From: Candidatus Hydrogenedentota bacterium
GTDB taxonomy: Bacteria; Hydrogenedentota; Hydrogenedentia; Hydrogenedentales; SLHB01
Direction of reading: 5' to 3'
Length of the DNA: 64,000 bases
NCBI GenBank assembly: GCA_963674865.2
Contig: CAXXYE010000003.1
Coordinates: 192,001-256,000 of the forward strand
Both the position numbers and the translations under genes were made by a program. The notes beneath the pieces were generated by a model. That model made no database searches. It saw nothing but the letters and a program-made list of their open reading frames with translations, and was not told where the DNA came from. This document shows, one piece after another, positions 9,914 to 19,069 of this stretch (positions are counted from its first letter, which is position 1; each line of letters starts with the position of its first letter).

Positions 9914-10225
9914 GCGTTGACTCCTTTTTGCTATCGCTGCACTGCGCGGGAACCGGCCGCGGCAGGCCGGTCGATGACGACATGCCGCTAGACGTGACCG
10001 TGGAGTGGCGGAATCATCGCACGCACATGCGTTGGGAAGCAAATGGCACGTCACTCGGTGATATTCGGTGGAAGCGCTAAGGCTCCCGACCTTTCGTAAG
10101 GCGGTCTTCACCCGTCTGGCATCATTTGGTATCATAGCCGGGTGTGGGCCGCCGGTATCGCGGGAGGGAACCGCGATGTCGGCGGAGGCGCTGCGGTTAG
10201 CAACATGCGGAAAGGAACCCTCGGA

Positions 10226-11896
10226 ATGGGACGCAAGTACGTACTTGGATTGGATTACGGTACGGAGTCAGCCCGTGCCCTGCTGGTGGCTGTTGACAAT
10301 GGGGAGGAAGTGGCCACGGCGGTAGAAGCCTATCCCGACGGCGTGATCGACACCGAGCTGCCCGGCTCAGGCAAGCGACTCGAGCCCGATTGGGCTTTGC
10401 AGAATCCCAAGGATTACTTGAATGTACTCGAGAAGATCGTGTCCCAAGTGCTCAAAGCGTCGGGCGTGAGCGGCGAGGACGTCATCGGTATTGGGACGGA
10501 CTTCACGGCTTGCACGATGCTGCCTATCGACGAGGACGGTACGCCGCTTTGCATGAAGCCGGACTTCGCCGACAATCCCCACGCGTGGGTGAAATTGTGG
10601 AAGCACCACGCGGCGCAGCCGGAGGCGGATCGCATCAATGATATCGCCCGGGAGCGGGGAGAGGACTTCCTGGCGCGCTATGGCGGAAAGATCTCGAGCG
10701 AATGGTTCTTCCCGAAGGCGCTCCAGATTCTCGATGAGGCGCCGGAGATCTACGAGGCGGCTGACCGCCTCATCGAGGCCGGCGATTGGCTCGTTCTGCA
10801 ACTGTGTGGCGAAGAGAAGCGTAACGCCTGCGTGGCCGGCTACAAGGCCATTTGGGATGAGGGCTATCCCGACAAGAGCTTCTTCAAGGCGCTGAATCCT
10901 CGCTTCGAGAATGTCGTTCAGGACAAGATGAGCGAAGACATCTATCCGGCGGGCGTCAAGGCCGGCGGGTTGCTGCCCGAGGTCGCGGCGAAGCTTGGCC
11001 TCAATCCCGGCACGGCCGTCGCCACCGGTGGCGTGGACGCCCACGTGGCCGTGCCTGCTGCCACCGTAAGCGACGCGGGCAAGATGGTGATGATCATGGG
11101 CACCAGCCTGTGTCATATGGTGTGCGGCACGGAGAAGAAGGTCATCGAGGGCTTGTGCGGCGTCGTTAAGGACGGTATCCTGCCGGGATTCTACGGCTTC
11201 GAGGCCGGGCAAACCGCGGTGGGCGACATCTACGCCTGGTTCGTGGACAACTGTGTCCCCGGGTGGGTCGAGGAGAAGGCCAAAGAGGCCGGGGTGGATG
11301 TCCACGGCTACCTGAGCGCCGAGGCCGGCAAGCTCAAGCCCGGTGAGTCGGGCGCCCTATGCCTGGACTGGTGGAATGGCAACCGTTGTATCCTTGTCGA
11401 CGCCGACCTTACCGGACTCATGGTCGGTATGACGCTCACGACCACCCCCGCCGAGATGTACCGCGCCATCATCGAGTCCACGGCCTTCGGCACGTACAAG
11501 ATTATCGAGCAGATGGAGCAAGGCGGGTGCCCGGTGACGGAGCTGTACGCCTGCGGCGGCTTGGCCTCCAAGAATCCCTTGGTGATGCAGATCTTCGCCG
11601 ATGTCACCAACCGTGAGATCAAGATCAGCGCCAGTGATCAAACCGTGGCCCTCGGGTCGGCCATGTGGGGCGCGGTGGCGGCGGGCGCCGCGGCGGGCGG
11701 CTATGACACCGTTGCCGACGCGGCGGGCAAAATGGCCCGGCTTCGCGACGAGGTCTACACGCCGAATCCTGAAGCGCACGAAATGTACGAGAAGCTCTTC
11801 ACGGAATACGAGCGCCTGCACGACCTCTTTGGCCGCGGCGGCGACAACGTGATGAAGAACCTGAAAGAGATTAAGCTCTCCGTGCGGGGAGAATAG
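10226..11896 (+). CDS. araB: Ribulokinase (FGGY carbohydrate kinase)
   Basis: LGLDYGTESARA, GTDFTACT, KLWKHHAAQ, YGGKISSEW, DAH, MGTS, EAGQTAVGD, LDWWNGNR. Confidence 0.88.
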   Translation: MGRKYVLGLDYGTESARALLVAVDNGEEVATAVEAYPDGVIDTELPGSGKRLEPDWALQNPKDYLNVLEKIVSQVLKASGVSGEDVIGIGTDFTACTMLPIDEDGTPLCMKPDFADNPHAWVKLWKHHAAQPEADRINDIARERGEDFLARYGGKISSEWFFPKALQILDEAPEIYEAADRLIEAGDWLVLQLCGEEKRNACVAGYKAIWDEGYPDKSFFKALNPRFENVVQDKMSEDIYPAGVKAGGLLPEVAAKLGLNPGTAVATGGVDAHVAVPAATVSDAGKMVMIMGTSLCHMVCGTEKKVIEGLCGVVKDGILPGFYGFEAGQTAVGDIYAWFVDNCVPGWVEEKAKEAGVDVHGYLSAEAGKLKPGESGALCLDWWNGNRCILVDADLTGLMVGMTLTTTPAEMYRAIIESTAFGTYKIIEQMEQGGCPVTELYACGGLASKNPLVMQIFADVTNREIKISASDQTVALGSAMWGAVAAGAAAGGYDTVADAAGKMARLRDEVYTPNPEAHEMYEKLFTEYERLHDLFGRGGDNVMKNLKEIKLSVRGE

Positions 11897-11977
11897 ACGG
11901 CGCCGGAAGTCGCCGAGTGGTTTGATTCAGCAATGCGAGGCAGGCAGACGCCTGCCTTCATTCTTCGGGAGAACGAT

Positions 11978-13125
11978 GTGAAAGACGAGCGCATTACGCG
12001 ATTAGCCGAGAATCTTCTGGGCTATTCCGTGAGGATCCAGCCCGGCGAGAAGCTCATGATCGAGTCGAAGGGCCTCTACAGCCTTGAACTTGTGAAAGAG
12101 CTGATCCGCGTCGCCACCGAGAAGGGCGCGGTGCCCTTTTGGTACTACAATGATGACAGCATCTACCGGCAGTTCCTCCAGGGCGTTACGCCGGAGCAAA
12201 TGGATGGCTTCACTGAGATGCACTTGACGATCACGCGGATGATGGATGCCTACATCGCCATCCGCGGCAGCGAGAACGCCTTCGACCTTGCCGATATCCC
12301 CGAGCCGCAGATGCGGCTGTTCAACCAGGTCTTTGTGAAAAAGGTTCATCTTGAAGAGCGCGTCGAGCACACGAAGTGGTGCGTGCTTCGCTTCCCCAAT
12401 GGGGCGATGGCCCAACTGGCGGAGACTTCCCAGGAGGCGTTCGAGGACTTCTTCTTCCGCGTGTGTAACCTCGACTATGCCAAACTGTCCGTCGCCATGG
12501 AGCCGCTCAAGAAGCTTATGGAGGCGACGGATCGCGTCCGCATCACCGGCCGGGGACGGATCTGTCATTCTCGATCAAGGGCATCCCCGTGGTGAAATGC
12601 GATGGCGATCGCAATATCCCCGATGGCGAGGTCTATACCGCCCCCGTGAAGGAATCGATCAATGGCGTTATTACCTTCAACGCGCCGTCCTTGCGTCAGG
12701 GCATCGTTTACGAGGGGATTGCGCTCGAGTTCGCCAAGGGCAAGATCGTGAAGGCCACGTGCCGCGCCAATGAGGAGAAGCTCAATGAGATTCTCGACAC
12801 CGACGAGGGCGCGCGGTACGTCGGCGAGTTTTCCATCGGCGTCAATCCCTACATCCGGCGCCCGATGAAGGATACTTTGTTCGATGAGAAGATCTATGGA
12901 AGCATGCACCTGACGCCGGGCAACTGCTACGACGAGGCCCCCAACGGCAACAAGAGCTCAATCCACTGGGACTTAGTGTTGATCCAGACACCGGAATACG
13001 GCGGGGGAGAACTCCATTTTGACGATATCCTCATCCGTAAGGACGGTGAGTTCGTCCACCCGGATCTTGCCCCCGTGCTGAACGCAGATGCATTCGACCG
13101 CGCGCCGGCGAAGGACAACGGCTAG
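11978..13125 (+). pseudogene. M29 (AmpS/PepS-type) aminopeptidase split by a 1-bp frameshift near 12550 (pseudogene or sequence error)
   Basis: First part VKDERITRLAENLLGYS...VRITG; the -1 frame continues [48 protein letters not shown]. Confidence 0.85.
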
Positions 13126-13310
13126 TCTCCGCTGCTTCGACTCGCTTCGGGTTCGCCACGCAACCCGCGCGTCGAACCCCCGAAAAACTCTTTCTGCCAT
13201 GGGGCAGCATCGAGGGAAGGTTCTCGCCTCTCGCTCGATCTGTAGCTTCTTAACTCGTGTGTTTACAAGTGCTTGTGGTGATCATCTGCACAATGGCGTG
13301 TCCGGAGTTC

Positions 13311-13339
13311 TTGACAGAAAGGACCGTGATTGATAGCAT
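13311..13339 (+). promoter_or_regulatory. Sigma70 promoter
   Basis: TTGACA-17bp-TAGCAT upstream of the response regulator. Confidence 0.65.
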
Positions 13340-13414
13340 ATTAACTTGAATATACCGTAAATCCCGATTATCAGGGCGGGGCAGCGAACCCGCGGCGAAA
13401 CAAGGGGACCTGAG

Positions 13415-14029
13415 ATGAGGGAGAAGGTGTTTACCACCGGCGAGGTGGCTGTAATCTGTGGCGTGTCCGCCGACACAGTTTCGCGGTGGTTCGACCTGGG
13501 ACAGATCGAAGGGTATCGCCTGGGAGCGGGAGGGGATCGCCGCATCCCCTTTGAGATGTTGCGCAAGTTTATGCTCGGCCACGGCATTCCCCTCGAGCGC
13601 CTGGAGAAGGACGAGCGCCGCGTACTTGTTATTGACGACGACCCACACTATTTGGACATGTTCCAGGCGGCGCTCGAAGAGGCGGATGAATTTGAGGTGG
13701 CCGTCGCGTCCACAGCTTTCGACGCGGGCGCCAAAGTCGTTGATTTCAATCCGCATGTCATTGTCATGGACTTGCACCTCTCCGATATGAGCGCCCGGGT
13801 GGTTTGCGAGCGCGTGAAAGCCCGCCCGGAAACGAAAGCGACGGCTTTCATTGGCTTGTCGCGATATCCGGATGCTAGTGGCTCCTTCCAGCTTGAAGAC
13901 ATGAATCTGGATGCTCTTCTTAGCAAGCCTCTTGAGGGGAATGAGGTCCGCGAGCACGTTCGCCGTCTGTTCGAGAAGCCCAAGCTCCGAAAGGCGCGCG
14001 CACGCCCCCTGCCCCCGGGGCGCGCCTAG
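13415..14029 (+). CDS. Response regulator with N-terminal excisionase/MerR-like HTH and C-terminal receiver domain
   Basis: VFTTGEVAVICGVSADTVSRWFDLGQIEGYRL..GDRRI, then VLVIDDD, IVMDL, LSKP. Confidence 0.85.
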   Translation: MREKVFTTGEVAVICGVSADTVSRWFDLGQIEGYRLGAGGDRRIPFEMLRKFMLGHGIPLERLEKDERRVLVIDDDPHYLDMFQAALEEADEFEVAVASTAFDAGAKVVDFNPHVIVMDLHLSDMSARVVCERVKARPETKATAFIGLSRYPDASGSFQLEDMNLDALLSKPLEGNEVREHVRRLFEKPKLRKARARPLPPGRA

Positions 14030-14071
14030 GGCCTTCTCTGCCGTCAACCGTCATCACGCCAGGAGGATCTC

Positions 14072-14671
14072 GTGCCTTACTCACCGCGTATTGTGGATGC
14101 CTTCCGTCTCGCCTACGAATTGCACAAGGATCAGGTGCGTAAAGGCTCCGACAAGTCCTACATCACCCACCTCACGTCGGTGGCGGGGATCGTCGGCGAA
14201 TACGGCGGCGACGAGGAGCAGTTCATCGCGGCCCTGCTTCATGACGCCGTCGAGGATCAAGGCGGACAAGCGACGCTGGCGCGGATACGGGACATGTTCG
14301 GTGAGAAGGTGGCGGACTATGTGGTTGGGTGTAGCGACGCGGACACAATCCCGAAGCCGCCGTGGCGCGAGCGAAAACAGCGCTATCTGGAGCAAGTTGC
14401 CGACGCCTTCCCCGAACAGAAGCTGATCGTCGCCGCCGACAAACTCCACAACGCCCGCGCCATCATCAACGATCTCCGCGTGTCCGGCGACGCGCTGTGG
14501 GAGCGCTTCAACGGGGGACGCGACGCGACGTTATGGTACTGCGGTGCCGCGGTCCGCGCCTTGGCCAAAGGATGGCGCCATTCTCTTCTCACGGAACTTG
14601 AGGTCACCGAAGAAGCCCTTCAACGCCTCGCTGCGGAAGTGCATCAGGCAGGGCCTGAAGGGAGTAGATAG
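14072..14671 (+). CDS. HD-domain protein, small alarmone hydrolase (Mesh1/SpoT-HD-like)
   Basis: HKDQVRKG..SYITH..VA, ALLHDAVEDQ, ADKLHN. Confidence 0.8.
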   Translation: MPYSPRIVDAFRLAYELHKDQVRKGSDKSYITHLTSVAGIVGEYGGDEEQFIAALLHDAVEDQGGQATLARIRDMFGEKVADYVVGCSDADTIPKPPWRERKQRYLEQVADAFPEQKLIVAADKLHNARAIINDLRVSGDALWERFNGGRDATLWYCGAAVRALAKGWRHSLLTELEVTEEALQRLAAEVHQAGPEGSR

Positions 14672-14825
14672 CACCTCTCGCATAGGCATTGTGCCGAGCG
14701 ATTGTGCCATTGAACCATGTCCAACTCACCTGGTTTGACGTACCAGGTGCCGAGACAAGCCCAAGAGCGCTGCCGCGTTCCGCAAGCAGCTTGCAGATCT
14801 ATCCGTTGTTCCCGATAAGGATCTA

Positions 14826-16043
14826 TCACTTGAGCCGGAGTCGCGTCAGTTCGTCAAGCATGGGATGGTAGTCGCTCGACCAGTCATAGGGCGGGTTCTG
14901 GCCGTAGTCCCCACTGTGGCGGAAGCTAGTGAGGCGGAACCACACCTCGGTTGCGCTGAACTCGCTATGGGGCACCACCAACGCGATCGTGTTTCCGAGG
15001 ATGATGGCGCGGGCGGCGCTGGCAATGGCCGTGAATGCGTTGTTGCGGGCATCGGTGACGACGAGATGCCAGCCTCCAGAAGGACTGTACTCGACGGAAT
15101 ACCACAGATCCGTGCCCTGATAGTAGTCGTTGGCGTATTGAGCGAGGGGTACGTAGTTGTTGTCTGGGTTGCCGTCGGCATCGAACACGAAGCCGAATTG
15201 GTAGTAGTTGGCTGCGTCGTTCAGCGGGACATCGGCATCGAAGATCTGGGCCAGCAACTGCCACTTCGCGTCTTCCGGAAGCGTCGCCGAGATGTCCGGG
15301 CAAACGGTGTAGCCGTTCGGGCCGTCCCCACACGGAAAGAGGGGATCGCCCTGCTTGAAGCTGTAATTGAATGTGAGGCCGATGTTCTCAAGCTCGAAAC
15401 TCGATCTGAAGCGCCCGATACCTTCGACTTCCGGCTCGGGGATGAGAGCGGCCAAGAGCGGATTGGAGTTGAAGCGATAGAGCCCGAGCGGCAGGCCCTT
15501 GATGCCGATGGGCACCTCCTCGACGTACGTCTCGCCACGGATGACTCGCATGATCTCCTCCATGTCGAGCAAGGTGGTGTCGGAGCGGAGATTTCCGAAC
15601 ATGCTGACGGATGCCCGCTGATCAGGATTGCCGCCGAGGGAGGGATCTGTGCGATAGAGCCCAAGTGTGAAGGGAAGTTGAACGGTGTCGTCGGCGTCGA
15701 GAGGGGCCACAGTCTGCATCTTCAGATAGCCAATATCCATCGGGCTGATGACGCCCTGGAGTCCGCCTTTGATCTGATATGGCGAGGGGAGATCCTCGAC
15801 CACGTACCAGACTTGCTGATCCAGCAAGTTGTCGAGGCGAATGGAGCCCAGTTTCTTGGGGACCTCCGAGGTCGGCTCTATCCCCGTGAAGAAGGTCCAA
15901 TGCAAGTCGTAGGTTTTCAGATATGGCTCAGGTTGTAGGAAGGGGCATTCTGTGTTTCCCATTGAGAAGAGTGCGATGGGGAGTAATGCAATGATGCCTG
16001 CGACGGCGTGCCTGCGAGGTTGGCCGGAATTCATGCAGTTCAC
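14826..16043 (-). CDS. Hypothetical exported protein, possible lipoprotein
   Basis: 405-aa ORF with GGAGGG RBS; hydrophobic N-terminus followed by SMGNTEC; beta-rich Asp/Tyr-rich C-terminal region. Confidence 0.6.
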   Translation of the reverse strand: MNCMNSGQPRRHAVAGIIALLPIALFSMGNTECPFLQPEPYLKTYDLHWTFFTGIEPTSEVPKKLGSIRLDNLLDQQVWYVVEDLPSPYQIKGGLQGVISPMDIGYLKMQTVAPLDADDTVQLPFTLGLYRTDPSLGGNPDQRASVSMFGNLRSDTTLLDMEEIMRVIRGETYVEEVPIGIKGLPLGLYRFNSNPLLAALIPEPEVEGIGRFRSSFELENIGLTFNYSFKQGDPLFPCGDGPNGYTVCPDISATLPEDAKWQLLAQIFDADVPLNDAANYYQFGFVFDADGNPDNNYVPLAQYANDYYQGTDLWYSVEYSPSGGWHLVVTDARNNAFTAIASAARAIILGNTIALVVPHSEFSATEVWFRLTSFRHSGDYGQNPPYDWSSDYHPMLDELTRLRLK

Positions 16044-16240
16044 GAATGCGCCCTCCGCGGTTGTACTACAGCCAGTGTGCCTGTACTACCGATGCTTCTC
16101 TCGGGCACGTGTTCCGTATAGCATGAGGGCCCACGTTTTGGCAAGGTGCGGATGCCGGACTTCAGGGGGACAGGCGCGAGGGTACGACGAACCGCACGCG
16201 GACTTCCGGCATGGAAGGCGCTGCCAGCCAGGCTGAGGGT

Positions 16241-17707
16241 CTAGGGCATATCGGGGTTCTGCAGCATTTCTTCCTTGAGTTGTCCCATCTTCTCGGACAG
16301 GACGACGCGGTAGATCTCGGGATTGCGGAGCCGCTTGAACTCCTCGGGAAGCGCGGCGATTTGGTCGAGCGCCCACCGGCGTACGGATGCGATGGGCGGG
16401 GCCTCTGTCAAGCGCCGGCCCTTGTTGAACACGCACTGCAGGAGTTCCCGGGCGCTTTCGGCCCCGCGCAGTCGGGCCGGCTGGTGGGGGCGTGTGCGAT
16501 GGCGTCCAAGGATAGTCTCCGAGATAGGACACGTCTCGTCTTCCCCGTAGATCATGTCGCCGACGGGACGTCCGTCGCCGTCGTAGTAGCGAAGCAGTTG
16601 CTTTCTACCGGGATCCGTCGCTTTGTCCATGTTCGAAGTGATCTTGATGCGGGGCAGCCATTGCCCGTTCTCGCGGATGGCCACGAGCTTGTAAACGCCG
16701 CTCAGAGAGGGAGAGTCGCTTGCCGTGATGAGATGCGTCCCAACGCCCCAGGCATTGATCTTGGCGCCCTGCCGCTTGAGATCCGCGATGATGTCCTCGT
16801 CGAGGTCGTTGGAGCCAACGATGAGCGGGTCCTCGAAGCCGGCGTCCGTCATCATCTTGTAGGCTATCTTGCTCAGCTTGGCCAAGTCGCCCGAATCGAG
16901 GCGGATGGCCGGCCGGGCATTGTGGCCGGCGGCGTGTAACTCCTTGAACACGGTGATGGCGTTGGGAACGCCGCTCTCCACCGTATCGTAGGTATCGACG
17001 AGAAGGGTGCAGCGTTCAGGATAATTACGCGCGAAGGCTCGAAATGCTTCGAGTTCCGATGGGAAACTCATCACCCAACTGTGGGCATGGGTGCCCGATA
17101 CGGGAATGCCGTACACTTTCCCGGCCAGGACATTCGACGTGGCCATGCATCCGCCGATGTATGCGGCACGCGAGCCGCTCAAGCTGCCGTCGGGGCCGTG
17201 GGCGCGCCGCAGCCCGAACTCGTGCACCGGTTCGCCGTTGGCTGCCAGGCAGACTCGGGCGGCCTTTGTGGCGATAAGCGTCTGGAAGTTCATGATGTTG
17301 AGCAGCGCACTCTCGAGCAACTGGGCCTCGAAGATGGTGCCCTCAACCTGGATAACCGGCTCGTTCGGGAAGACTAAGGTTCCTTCGGGGATTGCCCGGA
17401 CGGTGCAGTGGGGCTGGAAGTCCTTAAGGAAACTCAGGAAAGCGGCATCGAATATGCCAAGAGAATTGAGGTACGCGATGTCGTCCTCTCGGAATCGCAG
17501 GTTTGCCAGGTACTCGATAAAAACCTCAAGCCCGGCCGTCACGGCGAAGCCCGCATGGGGCGGCAGGCTCCGGAAGAAGTACTCAAAGGTAACCTGCTGT
17601 TGATCCCGGCCTTCCTTCAGATGTCCGGCCATCATGGTGAGCTCATAGAGGTCGGTGAGGAGCGCCAGGCCCTCGCGGTTGTACCATGCCTGCGGCGGGG
17701 CCGTCAT
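16241..17707 (-). CDS. pncB: Nicotinate phosphoribosyltransferase
   Basis: LLTDLYELTM, EFGLRRAHG, GTHAHSW, LLVDTYD, IRLDSGD, GVGT, GVYKL. Confidence 0.95.
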   Translation of the reverse strand: MTAPPQAWYNREGLALLTDLYELTMMAGHLKEGRDQQQVTFEYFFRSLPPHAGFAVTAGLEVFIEYLANLRFREDDIAYLNSLGIFDAAFLSFLKDFQPHCTVRAIPEGTLVFPNEPVIQVEGTIFEAQLLESALLNIMNFQTLIATKAARVCLAANGEPVHEFGLRRAHGPDGSLSGSRAAYIGGCMATSNVLAGKVYGIPVSGTHAHSWVMSFPSELEAFRAFARNYPERCTLLVDTYDTVESGVPNAITVFKELHAAGHNARPAIRLDSGDLAKLSKIAYKMMTDAGFEDPLIVGSNDLDEDIIADLKRQGAKINAWGVGTHLITASDSPSLSGVYKLVAIRENGQWLPRIKITSNMDKATDPGRKQLLRYYDGDGRPVGDMIYGEDETCPISETILGRHRTRPHQPARLRGAESARELLQCVFNKGRRLTEAPPIASVRRWALDQIAALPEEFKRLRNPEIYRVVLSEKMGQLKEEMLQNPDMP

Positions 17708-18279
17708 GTGAGGTCCACCGAGGAGCAGAAGATCACGCCCGCTTCAGTCATTTCCTTGAGCGCCAGCTGCACGCTTCCCGGGGGCGCGTCCACCCCTTTG
17801 CACGCATCCTCCAGGAAGATGACCTCGAAGCCTTCGGCCACGGCGTCCAAGGCGGTGCTCTTGACGCAGTAATCCGTGGCAAGGCCGCAGACAAATGCAC
17901 GCGTTACTCCCCGATGCCGGAGATCATCCGCCAGGCCCGTTTCCTGGAAGTCGCTGTACGCCTCCCGTTCGGGCGTGGTGGCCTTGCTCACGCGCAAAGC
18001 GTCGTCGGGGATATGGAGATCCTCGTGGAACTCTGCCCCGGGTGAGCCGCCCACGCAGTGGGCGGGCCAGCTTCCATCGCAGAACGCCGGGGGATTTCCG
18101 AAGCTGCAATGGTTGGCCGGATGCCAATCGCGTGACACGATTACATGCTTGAACAGGGGCGACATCTTGTTGATGACGGGGATGATCGCGTCTCCATCTT
18201 CTACAGCCAACGCCCCGCCCGGACAGAAATCCTTCTGCACGTCTATGATGATCAGGGCGTCCGTCGAGGTGATCTTCAT
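17704..18279 (-). CDS. pncA: Nicotinamidase
   Basis: IIDVQKDFCPGGAL, RDWHP..H.SF, WPAHCV, GLATDYCV; 4-bp overlap with pncB. Confidence 0.93.
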   Translation of the reverse strand: MKITSTDALIIIDVQKDFCPGGALAVEDGDAIIPVINKMSPLFKHVIVSRDWHPANHCSFGNPPAFCDGSWPAHCVGGSPGAEFHEDLHIPDDALRVSKATTPEREAYSDFQETGLADDLRHRGVTRAFVCGLATDYCVKSTALDAVAEGFEVIFLEDACKGVDAPPGSVQLALKEMTEAGVIFCSSVDLT

Positions 18280-18365
18280 ATAGCCTTCTCCCAAAAGAGA
18301 CGCAGCGCCAATGCCATGAACGGACGTTTCCAACTTGACGGCTCATCCAGGGACTTCCGGCCCGC

Positions 18366-18908
18366 TCAGGAAGACGGGCCGAGCACGATACGTCTCAGGC
18401 GTGCGAAGTCCGCTTCGTCCAATTCCTCGCAGAGCGAGCGCCTTGTCAGCGCGGGATGCGCCAAGTCAACACGGAGCCTTTCGATAGCGTATGCCACGAT
18501 GGCGTCGTGGTCAAACACGAGCCCCTCGACATCCCGCATGGCCACCCATTGCGCCTCCGCGGCGTCATCCCCGCCCCGTGGCCGATGGCGGCGTCTATCG
18601 ACCACCGCAAGATACGCCACCGAAATCGATCGGCCGCGGGGATCCCGTTCGAGGTCGCCGAAGGTGTGTAATTGTCTTAGGGAAATGCCGTCGAGGCCGG
18701 TTTCCTCGTGCAACTCACGGACTACGGCTACATCGAGGGGCTCATCCATCTCGACGAAGCCGCCGGGGAGCGCCCAGCGTCCGGCGAAGGGCTCACGCCC
18801 GCGCCGAATCAGCAGGATATCAAGCCCGTCCTCGCCAAGGCCAAGTAGGACGGCGTCGACAGTCACCATAGGGCGGGGATAGGGATATGTGTACTCCTTC
18901 GTGGCCAT
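18366..18908 (-). CDS. Nudix hydrolase, ADP-ribose pyrophosphatase/NrtR-like
   Basis: PRPMVTVDAV, WALPGGF, intact Nudix box GGFVEMDEPLDVAVVRELHEETGL, RDPRGR.ISVAY, GDDA, FDH. Confidence 0.88.
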   Translation of the reverse strand: MATKEYTYPYPRPMVTVDAVLLGLGEDGLDILLIRRGREPFAGRWALPGGFVEMDEPLDVAVVRELHEETGLDGISLRQLHTFGDLERDPRGRSISVAYLAVVDRRRHRPRGGDDAAEAQWVAMRDVEGLVFDHDAIVAYAIERLRVDLAHPALTRRSLCEELDEADFARLRRIVLGPSS

Positions 18909-19069
18909 CGGGCTCTCGAATTCTTCTCTTCCAAGGTGTACTCCCGGCGCGGCGATGAAGTCAAGGGGACGGGCGCGACGAGGATCGGAATCGGGGACAG
19001 TCCCGTCTCGTCCGCCTGCGGCGGACTCTCTTGCGGCAGTCCCCCATTCCTCTCGACGCGGCGATGGAG

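Noticed and set aside
18990..19006. GGGGACAGTCCC motif resembling REP-like repeats
   Set aside because: Only one copy noticed and no associated transposase.
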